From NCBI GenBank assembly GCA_047495785.1, contig JBLDXI010000054.1:1550001-1614000 (forward strand): a DNA stretch of 64,000 nucleotides. Reading direction: 5' to 3'. The translations under genes and the position numbers were made by a program. Origin of the DNA: Lepidodermella squamata. Lineage: Eukaryota; Animalia; Gastrotricha. Below the pieces are notes generated by a model, which saw only the letters and a program-made list of their open reading frames with translations, did not search any database and was not told where the DNA came from. How positions within the stretch are numbered: position 1 is the stretch's first letter; the number at the start of each line of letters is the position of its first letter. Positions 11,531 to 23,811 of the stretch are shown in pieces.

Positions 11531-12754
11531 TGCCCTGGAAGCAGAATGTTAACTTTGAAAAAATGAGAAGCAAGAAGTAGGTTTTTTTGTGGCTCATATA
11601 AGCGTAATTTATTGCTGATAGAATTCAGGGTATTCAAACATGGTTCTGTCATGAATGATGAAGCTGCAAACAATTCGTTATGTGTAATAGGGCAAGCTAA
11701 GAGGTGAGCCGAGAAAAACGTCACCTCTCGCTAGTTTATGACCAACTATGCAGCGTGACATAGCCCATGCCTGGGAGGCATTGTATCAGTTTGCCGGGCT
11801 CTTGAGCTTGAACTTGAGTTTCCAACACGGCAAAAGTAAGGCCTGTCCTAACTCAACAATTAATTCTTGTTTTATTTTTCCAAGTTTTTACGTTAAAAAT
11901 AATTCGGAGATTGAAATGTCTGCGGTTTTATATTATTTCATTTTTAAAACGCCCCTCTCTAGCAAATACTTTGAATATTCGCCATAAATCAAGGTTTAGT
12001 CATAAAAATAAGAGAAAAGTTGGATAATTATCAGCCCGAGCCCAACTTAATCCGAAGTCAAATTCAAAAATAATTAAATTCAAGGGAAATTCAAGGGTAA
12101 TTCCGCACTTGGAATAAAGTTTACGAAGACAAGTGGACAATATTGTACTTCAAAACCGCTCCACTTTCACCGATGTTCACCTGCGATGGGGCTTTTGTCA
12201 TTTCAACTGGACAATTCGTTAGCTTTACGATAGTTTTATTTTCATGTAACAAATATTTGCGAAGAATCTACATGTGTCAGAAAATATAAACAGAGCGGGC
12301 GATTTTTGGGTTCTGCTAACGAAAATTCGGATGAATTCGGAGAAACAAAAGCAATTGTCTTGCACTGAGCAAGAGATTGGTTAGTTTCGGGACATTTCCC
12401 GCGAATTTAATCAGTATAATACCAACGGCAGTATATTAATGCCGGCAGTTGAAAAAATATGGAGAACACCACAGGAAAACTGTACTGCTACATGGTAATG
12501 ATGATTCATCACCCAAATGCGTGTTTCAATTTTTGTCATGTTTCATGTTTTCCAGTCACGATAATTTAAAAGTGAATTTTATTGCGATAGTGAAAAATTG
12601 AATCAGATGAATAATGAAAAATTAGAAAATTCTATATGTAAAAATAAAAATTTTAATTTTTCGGAGAAAATGTGTCAATAAATTTTTGCTATTAAATATC
12701 TAATAAATTTTGGTTTTATCAAAATATTTTAATAATTTATGCATTTTTCACCTA

Positions 12755-13460
12755 GGGTCCATTTTATCTCGGCTCTCACTTTAACTTCCGAATTTTCGAT
12801 CAATCAATCGTGCATGACCCGCTGAGTAACAGCCCGCAGTACTTAGTCATGAGGGTCACGAGCCGCGGCTGAGTCTAATCAATAATAGCCAGCACAATTG
12901 CACGCGCACTGATGCTGACCTCTACACTTATAGAATATTAAGGCGCACGCTTGCGTACATTCATGTTTGCGCGCGTGTAAACAATAACCAGTTGTTCGCG
13001 ATAGCGTCGGCCGACTCGTTCTATATATAAAAATATCTAATATTCTGTATATCTGAGGAAACAAAGCGAGCCCTTGTATTACACTAAAACTCTGCGACCC
13101 ATCAACATCGCCATATTTTCTACATTTCTCATATTTCTGACCATTTTTCAAATTCACACTCCATTTTTTAACCTACATTTTGAATTTTGAGATAAATCAT
13201 TTAATTAGCTGAATGTAAAAAATATTGATCGCCACCCCAATTCATTTTAATTTTCACAAATTTCTCATCATTTCTCATCATAGCCCATGTCAGACAACCG
13301 CGATGGTCTAATTCCTTGCTTATCCTGTGTTCATTTTTAGCTAACTCGATTTTTGAAGAATTTATAACGTACTCCGTTATTGTCCGCCAATTAGGTCAGC
13401 TTTCATCGCTACATAGGACGATTTAGACCTTTTTTTTAACCTTCCGATCCTTGGCATGCG
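12755..13460 (+). repeat. upstream region duplicated with ~17340-18075 (tandem duplication unit of the transposase genes)
   Basis: Long shared blocks, e.g. atgacccgctgagtaaca...cagtacttagtcatgagggtca and gaggaaacaaagcgagcccttgtattacactaaaactctgcgacccatca. Confidence 0.85.
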
Positions 13461-15956
13461 ATGCGCAAAAGAAAAGTAGCTGATTGGATACTTCAAGAGA
13501 AAGAAGCCAGGCATGGCGGGGAGGAGTACGAAAGACGAGAGCTGAAATACCGTAGAAGGAATACCGGTTCGTTGATACGCCTTTCCAGAATATAGTTTTG
13601 TATTTATTTGCTATTTGACATTCCAGGCGAGCTGTATGTCATGAGAAAAGCCAGCCACGTCAGGGCAAGGGCCGGCGTTCGGTTGATAAACTGCTGCCCT
13701 AAGAAATGCTACGAAAAATTCAGCGATGACCAAATAGCTAGTTTCGAAAGAGCGTACCGCAGCGGCAGAAACCTGCACGAGCAACGCATTTTCATTTCCC
13801 GATTCGCGAACAAATCGCCCCGCAACGTAAGAGCCGTTATCACCTACTCCATTCCGGCGCAGTACGCCCTGCCGAAGCATCAAACAAAGGGCACGATTTT
13901 GCTGGCCGTATGCAAGCGCTTCTTCCTGAAGGCCCTCGATGTTAGCCAGAAATTCGTTAGATACACGCTCGACAACAAGGTGTCTGAAAACGGTCTCACA
14001 GTTCAGCCGGATCTTCGAAAGGCGAGTAGTAACTCGGCGAACTGCCGTCTACAACCGGCGACGATTCAATCGATTAAAGACTTCGTTCAGGTCCGACTTC
14101 ATAGCGCGTAAATATTCTGTCCTATCTATGATCATGCCTTTTGAAATTGTTGTTTCTTATAGACGTTTGAGTCATCACAGAAGGTCGCAGACAAATAGGT
14201 TGTACGTAGACTCGCAGCTGACAGTCAGCTCGCTATACCGGCAGTGGATTGATTTCATAGCGAAAAATCCACAGCCCGATGTAAACAAATGCTGCTACGA
14301 ATCATTCAGAGTGCAATTTAAGGAAAATTTCAAAAATTACAGCTTCACCCAACCGAGAAACGACAGGTTGGTTGAGATTTAAGAGTTCGAAGTTCACTCA
14401 TTTTTTTTTATTATAGATGCAAAGTCTGTGCCCGTTACTCGATGATGTCAAAAGCTGAGCGGGATCGCAACATTTCTTACTACGCCCGTCACCTTCAGGA
14501 GAAAAATTGCAGCCGAGAATTCAGAAGGGCTCGAGTCGATGCTGCGAAGGCTTCACTGCGTGACGATTACAATTCGCCTAAATCGGCCTACTTGCAGTTT
14601 GACATGATGAAGCACTTACTGGTAAGGATAAATACATAGATCTGAGATGTCGTATTAAGAAATTGCGATTCAGACCCCATGCACCAACTTTGCTTATCGC
14701 CACCAAGAAAAATTCATCACGCATTGCTTCACGGTTTTAAATTGCGGAACTGGCAATGCCGTCAATTACTGCTATGACGAAGATCAAGGTAATAGGAATA
14801 CATACTGGAAGAACTGATTAGGAATTTTATTCGTTCATCCCTCGTTTTCATAGGAGGGCAGGGTGCAACAGAAATTGGAACCTGTTTATCGCACTATTTA
14901 ACAACATACTTGGACGAAAATGTCGAACTGGTAACATTGTGCTCAGACAGCACTGTTGGTCAAGGCAAAAACAGGTAATAATTCAAAAAAATGACGCAGT
15001 TCTAATTTAGCCATTGAAAACTTCAAAACTGGCCATTCTTTTCCAGGTTCATTCCTAATGCGATCTTCCACGCTATGAGAAAAATTAATACGGAGAGAGC
15101 CCGTCGTTTCGGACCAGCTCACAAGCGACTGCGAGTGGTTGATCACATGTTTTTGGTGAATTTTTGCCATGGCTGCAGTAACCGTTAACCATTTCATTCT
15201 TTTCACAGATTCCCGGCCATACTCAGGTTAGCAACAAATCTCGTCTTTGATCTTCTTTTCAGCAAATGAAGTTTCCCCATTATGTAGATGGCTGTAGATA
15301 ACGTGCATGGGCTCATCGAGCAGTCGAGAAAACGCCGTGGCAATGTCACGGATCATCTTGAATGGAGGGACATCATCAAGAAGGCCAGGCCATCACCAAA
15401 CCAATATGACGTCGTCGAAATGACGCACGACAAATTTCTGAACCTCAAGGCTAGCCCCAACTACTTCTCAACCCTAACTGACCACAACTCTCTCAAAATC
15501 TCGGAGAATGTCCTCTATCGGTATACTTTTGACGCGGCTAGCAGGCACGAACTGTTGGCTCGAAAGAGCTATGCGGATCTCGAAGATGAGCCCCTCCCAG
15601 ACCTGGCTGCTGATGGGCAAACTAGTGACGATCTGGTCAATAATGGCGTCAAGTTTGACTTGCGTCTGATCTCCTCGAGACTTCGTCCATTTTCTTACAA
15701 CGGCGAGCCTCCACGGGCGTACCAGTCGCGGTTGAAGATCAAATTCGAGAAGAAACTCGATTTGATCCAGTGGCTTATCGATGGCGTATTTTCTCCGCAA
15801 CAACGGGATTTTATTCTCGGATTACCGTGTGACATTACATCGGCAAAGAACAAGGAGCTTTATGACAGCAAAATTGCTCTCCTGGACCAAAAATATCTTC
15901 GCAACGAATGGGACGAAGACGATGACGATTTGAAGGACGCTATTGCTCAATGTTGA
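13461..15956 (+). CDS. Sola1-type DDD transposase (or transposase-derived gene), copy 1, 675 aa, 9 exons
   Basis: Eight GT-AG introns splice to an open frame. Motifs KEARHGGEEY, CCPKKC, VCKRFFLKAL, SHHRR, PRNDRCKVC, QFDMM, YDEDQGGQGATEIGTCL, SDSTVGQGKN, FLIPGHTQMAVDNVHGLIE; three catalytic Asp present. Confidence 0.85.
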
Positions 15957-16388
15957 TTCGCAATGGTTTATTCTTAATTGTTATTCTCGTAGTTTTATCT
16001 ATGTTTGAAAAATCCTGAAATGGATAAATGATCGAAAAACCATAAAAAAATTGAAAATTTAAAACCGTTTTTCAAACAAAAGTTTCGTTTCGCTTCGTTT
16101 GTTTGAGTAACGCATTGTTCGTTCATCTTCACAACTCTTCAAACAACCCTTCAAACAACATTAAGCAATAGAAGCTTGGACGTAACTTACCCGGACAACA
16201 TTTTTAACGATGCTTTAGGTTAGCACTGCGGCCGCAGCTTGGAGCAGGCAAAGCTCGAAATATGAGGGAATCACCGATGAATCAGAAAAGTTTGAGTCGG
16301 CAGAACAATTTAGTTCCCGGGTAACCCGAACAAAAAAAAGTTTATCAAATGCGACTTTTCTCGTGTTTTTTTACGTGTTTTCTAAGTA

Positions 16389-16723
16389 GGGTTTTTTGGG
16401 ATTTAATTTGAAATTAGCGTAATATGTCGAGAATATACTAATAGCTAGAAATATCGTAATTTGATTCAAATAATTGCTTAATTAAAAATGTGTCTCTGGC
16501 GGGGGTTGAACCATCGAACATTGATGCACCAGCCCAACGCCTCACCAACTACGCCACCAGCGATCACATAAATGCTGTTGTTTTTATTGGTTTATAAATA
16601 ACTTGCACTTTGGACTTGGTTGTTTTTTCGACGCCAAGTCCATATTTCATTTTCGAGATTTCTTGACATTGCAAAAAATCTCGACATTTTTACGCTAATT
16701 TCAAATTAAATCCAAAAGAACCC
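16389..16723. repeat. inverted-repeat element enclosing a tRNA-like sequence
   Basis: ggatttaatttgaaattagcgtaatatgtcgaga (16399-16432) pairs with tctcgacatttttacgctaatttcaaattaaatcc (16679-16713). Confidence 0.7.
16492..16563 (-). pseudogene. degenerate tRNA-like sequence (nominal anticodon GGT, Thr)
   Basis: 72 nt; TCGCTGG/CCAGAGA acceptor stem (1 mismatch), A-box TGGCGTAGTTGG, B-box GGTTCAACCC; D, anticodon and T stems mismatched. Confidence 0.6.
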
Positions 16724-18075
16724 CAAAACCGCAATTAAAATCACAGGGTCGATATCAGTCGAAAAAACGCCACTCTATGAATGGCAGAAAAAGTCGTATT
16801 TTTTTCGTGATATCACTGTGCAATTTTTTCATAACGATCAACCTCGCAAAAAACTGGCACGCGCCGTCTACTTTTTTGGGCATTTCTCGCACTAAGACAG
16901 AAATACTCCAATAACAGCAATAAAACCTCCAAATGACTGAATGAATCATCGTTGGCGATGAAAAAAATAGCCACAAAACCCGTAAAAAATAATGCGAACC
17001 AAAAAAACTCTTAAACAGTGTGCACTTTTTTGTTCGGGAAATGAGATCTGCGTCGAATTCGTAATCGTGATGCCCTGTTACAATTTCAGAATAATTCACC
17101 ATAGGCAGCAGACAACCGAGCCCCGAGAAGCATTTGCCGCTATCCATTTGAATACCCAAACGGCTTATATCGGATCTCCCGGACTAGTTTTTGCCTGCTA
17201 CCTAGAACATTTAAGGTGATGATGAATAAGGCGCCATGCTCCATATGCAAAACAGCAAACAGCACGCGCAATGCTGCTGACATTCACATATAAAATATTA
17301 AGACGCATGTTCGAATGTTATTTTATGAATTGATGACCTCGGCTCGCCTTTATTTCGGGTCTCACGCTGTAACTTCGAAATTTTCGAAAAATCAATCGTG
17401 AATGACCCGCTGAGTAACATCCCGCAGTCCGCAGTACTTAGTCATGAGGGTCATGAGCCACGGCTGAATATAACCAATAATAGCCAGCACAATCGCACGC
17501 GCACTGATGCTGACCTCTACACACATGAAATATTAAGGCGCACGCTCGCGTACATTCATGTTTGCGCGCGTGTAAACAATAACAAGTTGTTCACGATAGC
17601 GTCGGCCGACTCATTCTATATATAAAACCATCTAATATTCTGTATATGCGAGGAAACAAAGCGAGCCCTTGTATTACACTAAAACTCTGCGACCCATCAT
17701 CACCGCAACATTTGCTATATTTTTCCTATTTCTGACTATTTAACATTTAAAATTCGAGCTCCATTTTTAACCTTAAATTTATAATTTTTAGATAAATCAG
17801 TCGATTAGTTTTCGAACGATGTAAAAAATATTGATAATCATCCCCAATGCATTTCATTTTTCACTGATTGCATATTATTTTCATTATAACCCATGTCACA
17901 CAATGGCTATTGTTGGCCTATCATTTGAGGCGAACTCGATTTTTTAAGTCGTTCGACAACAATCTTAAAACAATATTTTGTACTCCATTATTCTCTGTCA
18001 ATTCACCCTACTTTCATCTCCAAACTCCACATAGGCCGATACACACCTTTCTCAACTTTCTCCCCTTTACATACG

Positions 18076-20605
18076 ATGCGTAAAAGAAAAGTAGCTGATT
18101 GGATACTTCGCGAGAAAGCAGCAAGGCATGGCGGGGAGGAGTACGAAAGACGGGAGCTGAAATACCGTAGAAAGACAACCGGTTCGTTTAAATTTTCTAT
18201 GCTTTTCCCAAGAAAAAGCTATCAATTTAATGAGACACAGCATTAAAATGGTTTGATATTCCAGGTGAACTGTATGTCATGAGAAAAGCCAGCCACGTCA
18301 GGGCAAGGGCCGGCGTCCGACTTATCAACTGCTGCCCCAAGAAGTGCTACGAAAAATTCAGCGACGACCAGATTGCTAATTTTGGAAATGCTTACAGAAG
18401 CAGCAAAAGCTTGCATGAGCAACGGATTTTCATTTCCCGTTTCGTTAGCAAATCTCCCCGTAACATCCGAGCCGTTATTACCTACACAATTCCCTCACAA
18501 TACGCTCTGCCTAAATTTCAAACCAAAGGGACAATTGCCATCGCTGTATGCAAGCGTTTCTTCCTCAAAGCTCTTGATGTCAGCAAAGATTTTGTAAAAT
18601 ACACCCTCACCCACAAGTTAGCTGATAATGGCCTGGAAATTCTACCGGATCTTCGGAAGGCGAGTAGCTCATCGGCGACCTGCCGACTGCAACCTGCAAC
18701 AATTCAATCGATCAAAGATTTCGTTCAGGTCCGACTTCACAGCGCGTAAGCATTCTGGCGCATAAATCGTGGTTATAAGATTTCAGTTTCTAATAGACGT
18801 TTGAGCCATCACAGAAGGTCGCAGACAAATAGGTTGTACGTGGACTCAAAGTTGACAGTCAGCGCGCTATACCGGCAATGGATTGATTTCATCGCGAAAA
18901 ATCCACAGCCCGATGTAAACAAATGCTGCTACGAATCATTCAGAGTGCAATTTAAGGAAAATTTCAAAAATTACAGCTTCACCCAACCGAGAAACGACAG
19001 GTTGGTTGAGATTTAAGAGTTCGAAGTTCACTCATTTTTTTTTATTATAGATGCAAAGTCTGTGCCCGTTACTCGATGATGTCAAAAGCTGAGCGGGATC
19101 GCAACATTTCTTACTACGCCCGTCACCTTCAGGAGAAAAATTGCAGCCGAGAATTCAGAAGGGCTCGAGTCGATGCTGCGAAGGCTTCACTGCGTGACGA
19201 TTACAATTCGCCTAAATCGGCCTACTTGCAGTTTGACATGATGAAGCACTTACTGGTAAGGATAAATACATAGATCTGAGATGTCGTATTAAGAAATTGC
19301 GATTCAGACCCCATGCACCAACTTTGCTTATCGCCACCAAGAAAAATTCATAACGCATTGCTTCACGGTTTTAAATTGCGGAACTGGCAAAGCCGTCAAT
19401 TACTGCTATGACGAAGATCAAGGTAGAAACAATGGAACAACTAGTTATGATTGCCATTCTATCGTGTTTCTTTCCCATAGGAGGGCAAGGCGCGACAGAG
19501 ATCGGCACCTGTTTATTGCACTATTTAACAACATATCTGGACGATGATGTCGAACTGGTTACATTGTGCTCGGACAGCACTGTTGGTCAGGGCAAAAACA
19601 GGTAATAATTAAGAAAAATAGTTAACCATCGAAACGTGAAGCGTGAAGAGAAAATACGTTTCTGACTTGGGTTTTAATGACCGTTTCTACAGATTCATTC
19701 CGAATGCGATATTTCACGCTATGAGAAAGATCAACGCGGAGAGGGCTCGTCGCTTGGGACCTGCCCACAAGCGTCTGCGAGTAGTTGATCACATGTTTTT
19801 GGTGAGTTTTTGCCATACCTGCTGTAATCGCTAACCATTTCTATCTTTGATCATTTCAAACAGATTCCCGGCCATACTCAGGTTAGTCAGAAAGCTCATC
19901 TTAGTTATTGACTGAATCATTCATTCCTTTGCATAGATGGCTGTAGATAACGTGCATGGGCTTATCGAGCAGTCGAGGAAACGCTGTGGCAATGTCACTG
20001 ATCATCTTGAATGGAGAGACATCATCAAGAAGGCCAGGCCATCGCCAAACCAATATGACGTCGTCGAAATGACCCACGACAAATTTCTGAACCTCAAGGC
20101 CAGCCCCAACTACTTCTCAACCCTAACTGACCACAACTCTCTCAAAATCTCGGAGAATGTCCTCTATCGGTATACTTTTGACGCGGCTGGCAGGCACGAA
20201 CTGTTGGCTCGGAAGGGCTATGCGGATCTCCAGGACGAGCCCCTCTCAGACCTACCGGCTGATGGGCAAACAAGTGAAGATCTGGTCAATAATGGCGTCA
20301 AGTTTGATCTGCGTCTGGTCTCCTCGAGACTTCGTCCATTTTCTTACAACGGCGAGCCTTCACGAGCGTACCAGTCGCGGTTGAAGATCAAGTTCGAGAA
20401 GAAACTCGATTTGATCCAATGGCTCATCGATGGCGTATTTTCTCCGCAGCAACGGGATTTCATTCTTGGATTACCGTGTGACATATCTTCGCCGACGAGC
20501 AAGGAGCTTTATGATAGCAAAATCGCTCTTCTGGACCAAAAATATCTTCGCAACGAATGGGATGAAGATGATGACGATTTGATGGACGCTTGCGCCAAAA
20601 GTTGA
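18076..20605 (+). CDS. Sola1-type DDD transposase (or transposase-derived gene), copy 2
   Basis: Same 9-exon structure and motifs as copy 1, open frame, DDD intact; ATG at 18076 (MRKRKVADWILREKAARHGG). Confidence 0.85.
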
Positions 20606-20990
20606 TTCAATGTTACTTTTGCCCAATTATTGTGCTCAACCTTGTTTTGTCTAAAAATGGTTCTTGAAATAACATGAAAACACAATTGAACACAATGAAC
20701 ACAATTGAAAAACTTCCAGCGAACCTTTAAACAACGCTTTTTGAAAGTGAAGCAAAAAATATATTTTGCAGAGAAAGGGGCTGATTTATTGGCCTACCTA
20801 CTGATAACATGAGTGAACACAGCAATATATGCAAATATTCCAGCTGAAAGCTGAACACTGATCAACTAAATTTGCCTTTTGCAACAAAATCGCTAAGATC
20901 CATTTTTTCTCTTGATTTTTCATAATGCAGTACGAATGTCATTGAAATGAGCCCTGTGTATATCTCCAGAGGTTCAAAAACTTGATTCAG

Positions 20991-23811
20991 CTAAAACCCG
21001 TCCGTGTAGCCCTGCGGCTGACGTGGGTCGCTCATAGCGTGTATGACCGCGCGTTTCATATCCGTGTCCCACATTCGCTCGATGGCTTGGACCGCCGAAA
21101 AGTACGCCGCTTGGTCAGCTTCCTGTCGCGTGTGGCCGAATTCACGCTTCAGTACATCAAGCAGATTCGTCGGAGCAGAACCGTCGCGCTCGTACTGCAG
21201 TGCCTCGGGGTATAGCTGGTGATGCAAGCGAGTCGCATCAACCGATTGCTTGATATCTTGGCCGAATACCAAAATTCGAACGGCTACGTCAACGGTGCTA
21301 GTCGCGGTTTTTGTGCCACCAGCAGCACCTACAACAAGACGTACTGAGAACGTGGTTTCGTTCGCCATTTTTTGGACGAAGATTGTCGGGCACATTGAGG
21401 AGACAGGGCGTTTTCCGGGTTTGATAGCATTGGCTCGGCTTTGTAACAGACCGGCCGCGTTGGCCTTCTTGCTCGTTGAGAATGCGTCCATTTCATTGTT
21501 GAAGTAAATGCCAGTTCGGCGACCAAATACTGCACTGCCAAAGCTGGAAGGCAAGACATAGTTTAGTACAAATATCAAGTTCCAGATTATCTCCTGGAAA
21601 TCCTTGAAATTTCTCAAACAGGAGAAAGCAACTTCACTTCATTTTCAAAGAGGAATTTTCTTTTGACTGGGACCTTACATGCTTGATAGTGTTCATCATA
21701 TTTTCTTAATGCTGGTAGCAATAGTAAGATGAAAGCTGAAAGCTGATCTTACTTTGAATTAATTGTCGACGATACAGAAATCGCATTTCCAGCCCCATCG
21801 ATGATCGACAAATGCGATGTAGTGCCACCCCTCGGCTGCTGGAACATCGTTGGCTCGTAACTTTTCGTCAAAGGCCGAGCCGCCGTGTCATTAATCATCG
21901 TCCGATACGTGCGTCCATAAGCCGCTGCCGTTAAATTAGCCACCCACGCCGTCATTTCCGGCTGGAACGAACTGTCACCCATCATACTCATCTTCGCATG
22001 AGCGTATTTGAATGTTTCAATCAAACGGTGATGAGTTAGAGGGTTCAGCCCATCTTCAGGCCTTAGGTTGTAATTTGAGAGAATATTCAGCATAAACGCG
22101 ACCAGAGCACCACTAGCAGGCGGGCGGGGTGTGAACAGTTTCAGGCCATCAGTTCGGCCGGGCATTGCGAATTCGATAGGTTGCCGCCATTGAACGCGAT
22201 AACGCTTCAGATCGTCGATTGTTATCGGGGATTTGATGTCTTTCAGGTCTGATACGATGTCGTTTGCGAATGAGCCGTTGTAGAAGGCCGCAGATCCGTT
22301 GTCGGCGATTCGAGTTAGCGTGGTCGCTAGACTGGGACACGTCATTATATCGCCAGCTCGGTAGAGACGACCAGTTCTCGCATTTGTGATAAAGGTCCTG
22401 TTTATTTTTAAATAAAATATTGGTACAATATGTTTCTGTAACATGTTGTTGACATTTTTTGAAATTTCAGAAATGACAATTGGGAATTCTTAGGAATAAA
22501 AATTCCGATATTTCCTGATAGATATTTCCTAAACATTAAAATACTGGATTTACTTGTGATCGCGAAATGGTGTTTGATCTTTTGTCGCGTTGAGTACTGT
22601 ATTTCGGTTGATTTCGTCGATGGCGATCTCGCCAGCTTTTGTCAGTTTGAAACCAGTTCGACACAGCTGGATTGCCGGTTCGAAGAGGCTTTTCCATGGC
22701 AAAAGACCCCATTTCGCGTGCACTTCGCCAAGTCCAGCTATAAAGCCAGGCACCGCAATCGCATAAGGTCCTATAGTGAATAGGAAATAATTTAAGATAA
22801 CAACATTTTTGGAATCTTTGAATAACTCACCAAATACCGAGCTGAGTGTTCCATTCTCGAAAAGATCTTCATTCGCGGCCAACGGAGCAACCGAACCGGC
22901 ATCGACGGTCCAGCCACGTTGATTTTTCTGATCCCAAATGGTCATGTGCAATCCACCGCCTATGCCGCCCATGTGAAAGTTGACGACGTTATCGCAGGCC
23001 AGGGTGGCTACGGCAGCATCGATTGCCGATCCGCCGCGAACTAGCACGGAATTACCGATTTCGGAGCATTCGCCAGCTTCAGAGGCCACTGCAGCGTAGC
23101 GGTAGACGCCCATAGAGGATTTTGAAGCTGAAATTGAAATTATAAAACATTTTAAAAGTAAAATTTGATTTGAATTGAACTGAAATTTGAAAAATTTAAG
23201 AATAAGAAATTCTTTGATCAAAAGACAGAAGTTTTTTTCCAAGAATAGGAAGTTCATTTTCTCACCTTGACCGAATTCACTTAGCATGTACTCGTTACCA
23301 GGCAACGGTCTGGGTAACCTCGTGCAATTACCCGGGCGGCTCCAAGTCAGCGTTTTGGCATCACAAACAATCGAGCTAGCTCCAGCCAGTCTGAAATTTG
23401 GAATGCAAACGACCCGCCTTTCAGCACCAGCTCGCGATTCGCCGTCCAAGACCTGACCGGACGTGACCGTGGGAGGGCGACCGCAGGTTCCAGTACACGA
23501 CCCAAAGGCTCCAGTCCTCCACTCGCCCGTATTTCCATCACAAGTTCGCGTTTTCCCGGTCGGGGCGATGTAAAACCCGTCTTGGCAGACAATATTCACG
23601 ACCAGGCCAGCTGCGGCTTGGCTGAGAGGCGACAGCACGGTACTGGCATTGCCTGATACATATACCCCATTCGTCAAATTCGGAAGCGTGCAGGTCTGAT
23701 TGGAAAATTAAGATAAAAATCGACAAAAATGGCGTAAATCGATACCTTAGCTGCTACTAGAGCAGCAGACGCGGCCACTAGCGTGAAGTTGAGCGCTAAT
23801 TTAACAAACAT
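20991..23811 (-). CDS. GGT: secreted Sushi(CCP)x2 - GGT-like protein, paralog 2 (substrate-binding residues altered)
   Basis: Signal exon from 23811 (MFVKLALNFTLVAASAALVAAK); two CCP modules; GGT motifs with TTSH nucleophile, but DAGSVA instead of DAREVA and NNEMDAFS instead of NNEMDDFS. Confidence 0.9.

Noticed and set aside
16492-16563. Functional tRNA-Thr(GGT)
   Set aside because: Mismatches in all four stems and an anticodon atypical for eukaryotes; kept only as tRNA-like.
12749-20957. Possible TIR pair for the Sola copies (agggtccattt at ~12754 versus aaatgagccct at ~20945)
   Set aside because: Only ~9/11 identity and no TSD; insufficient evidence.
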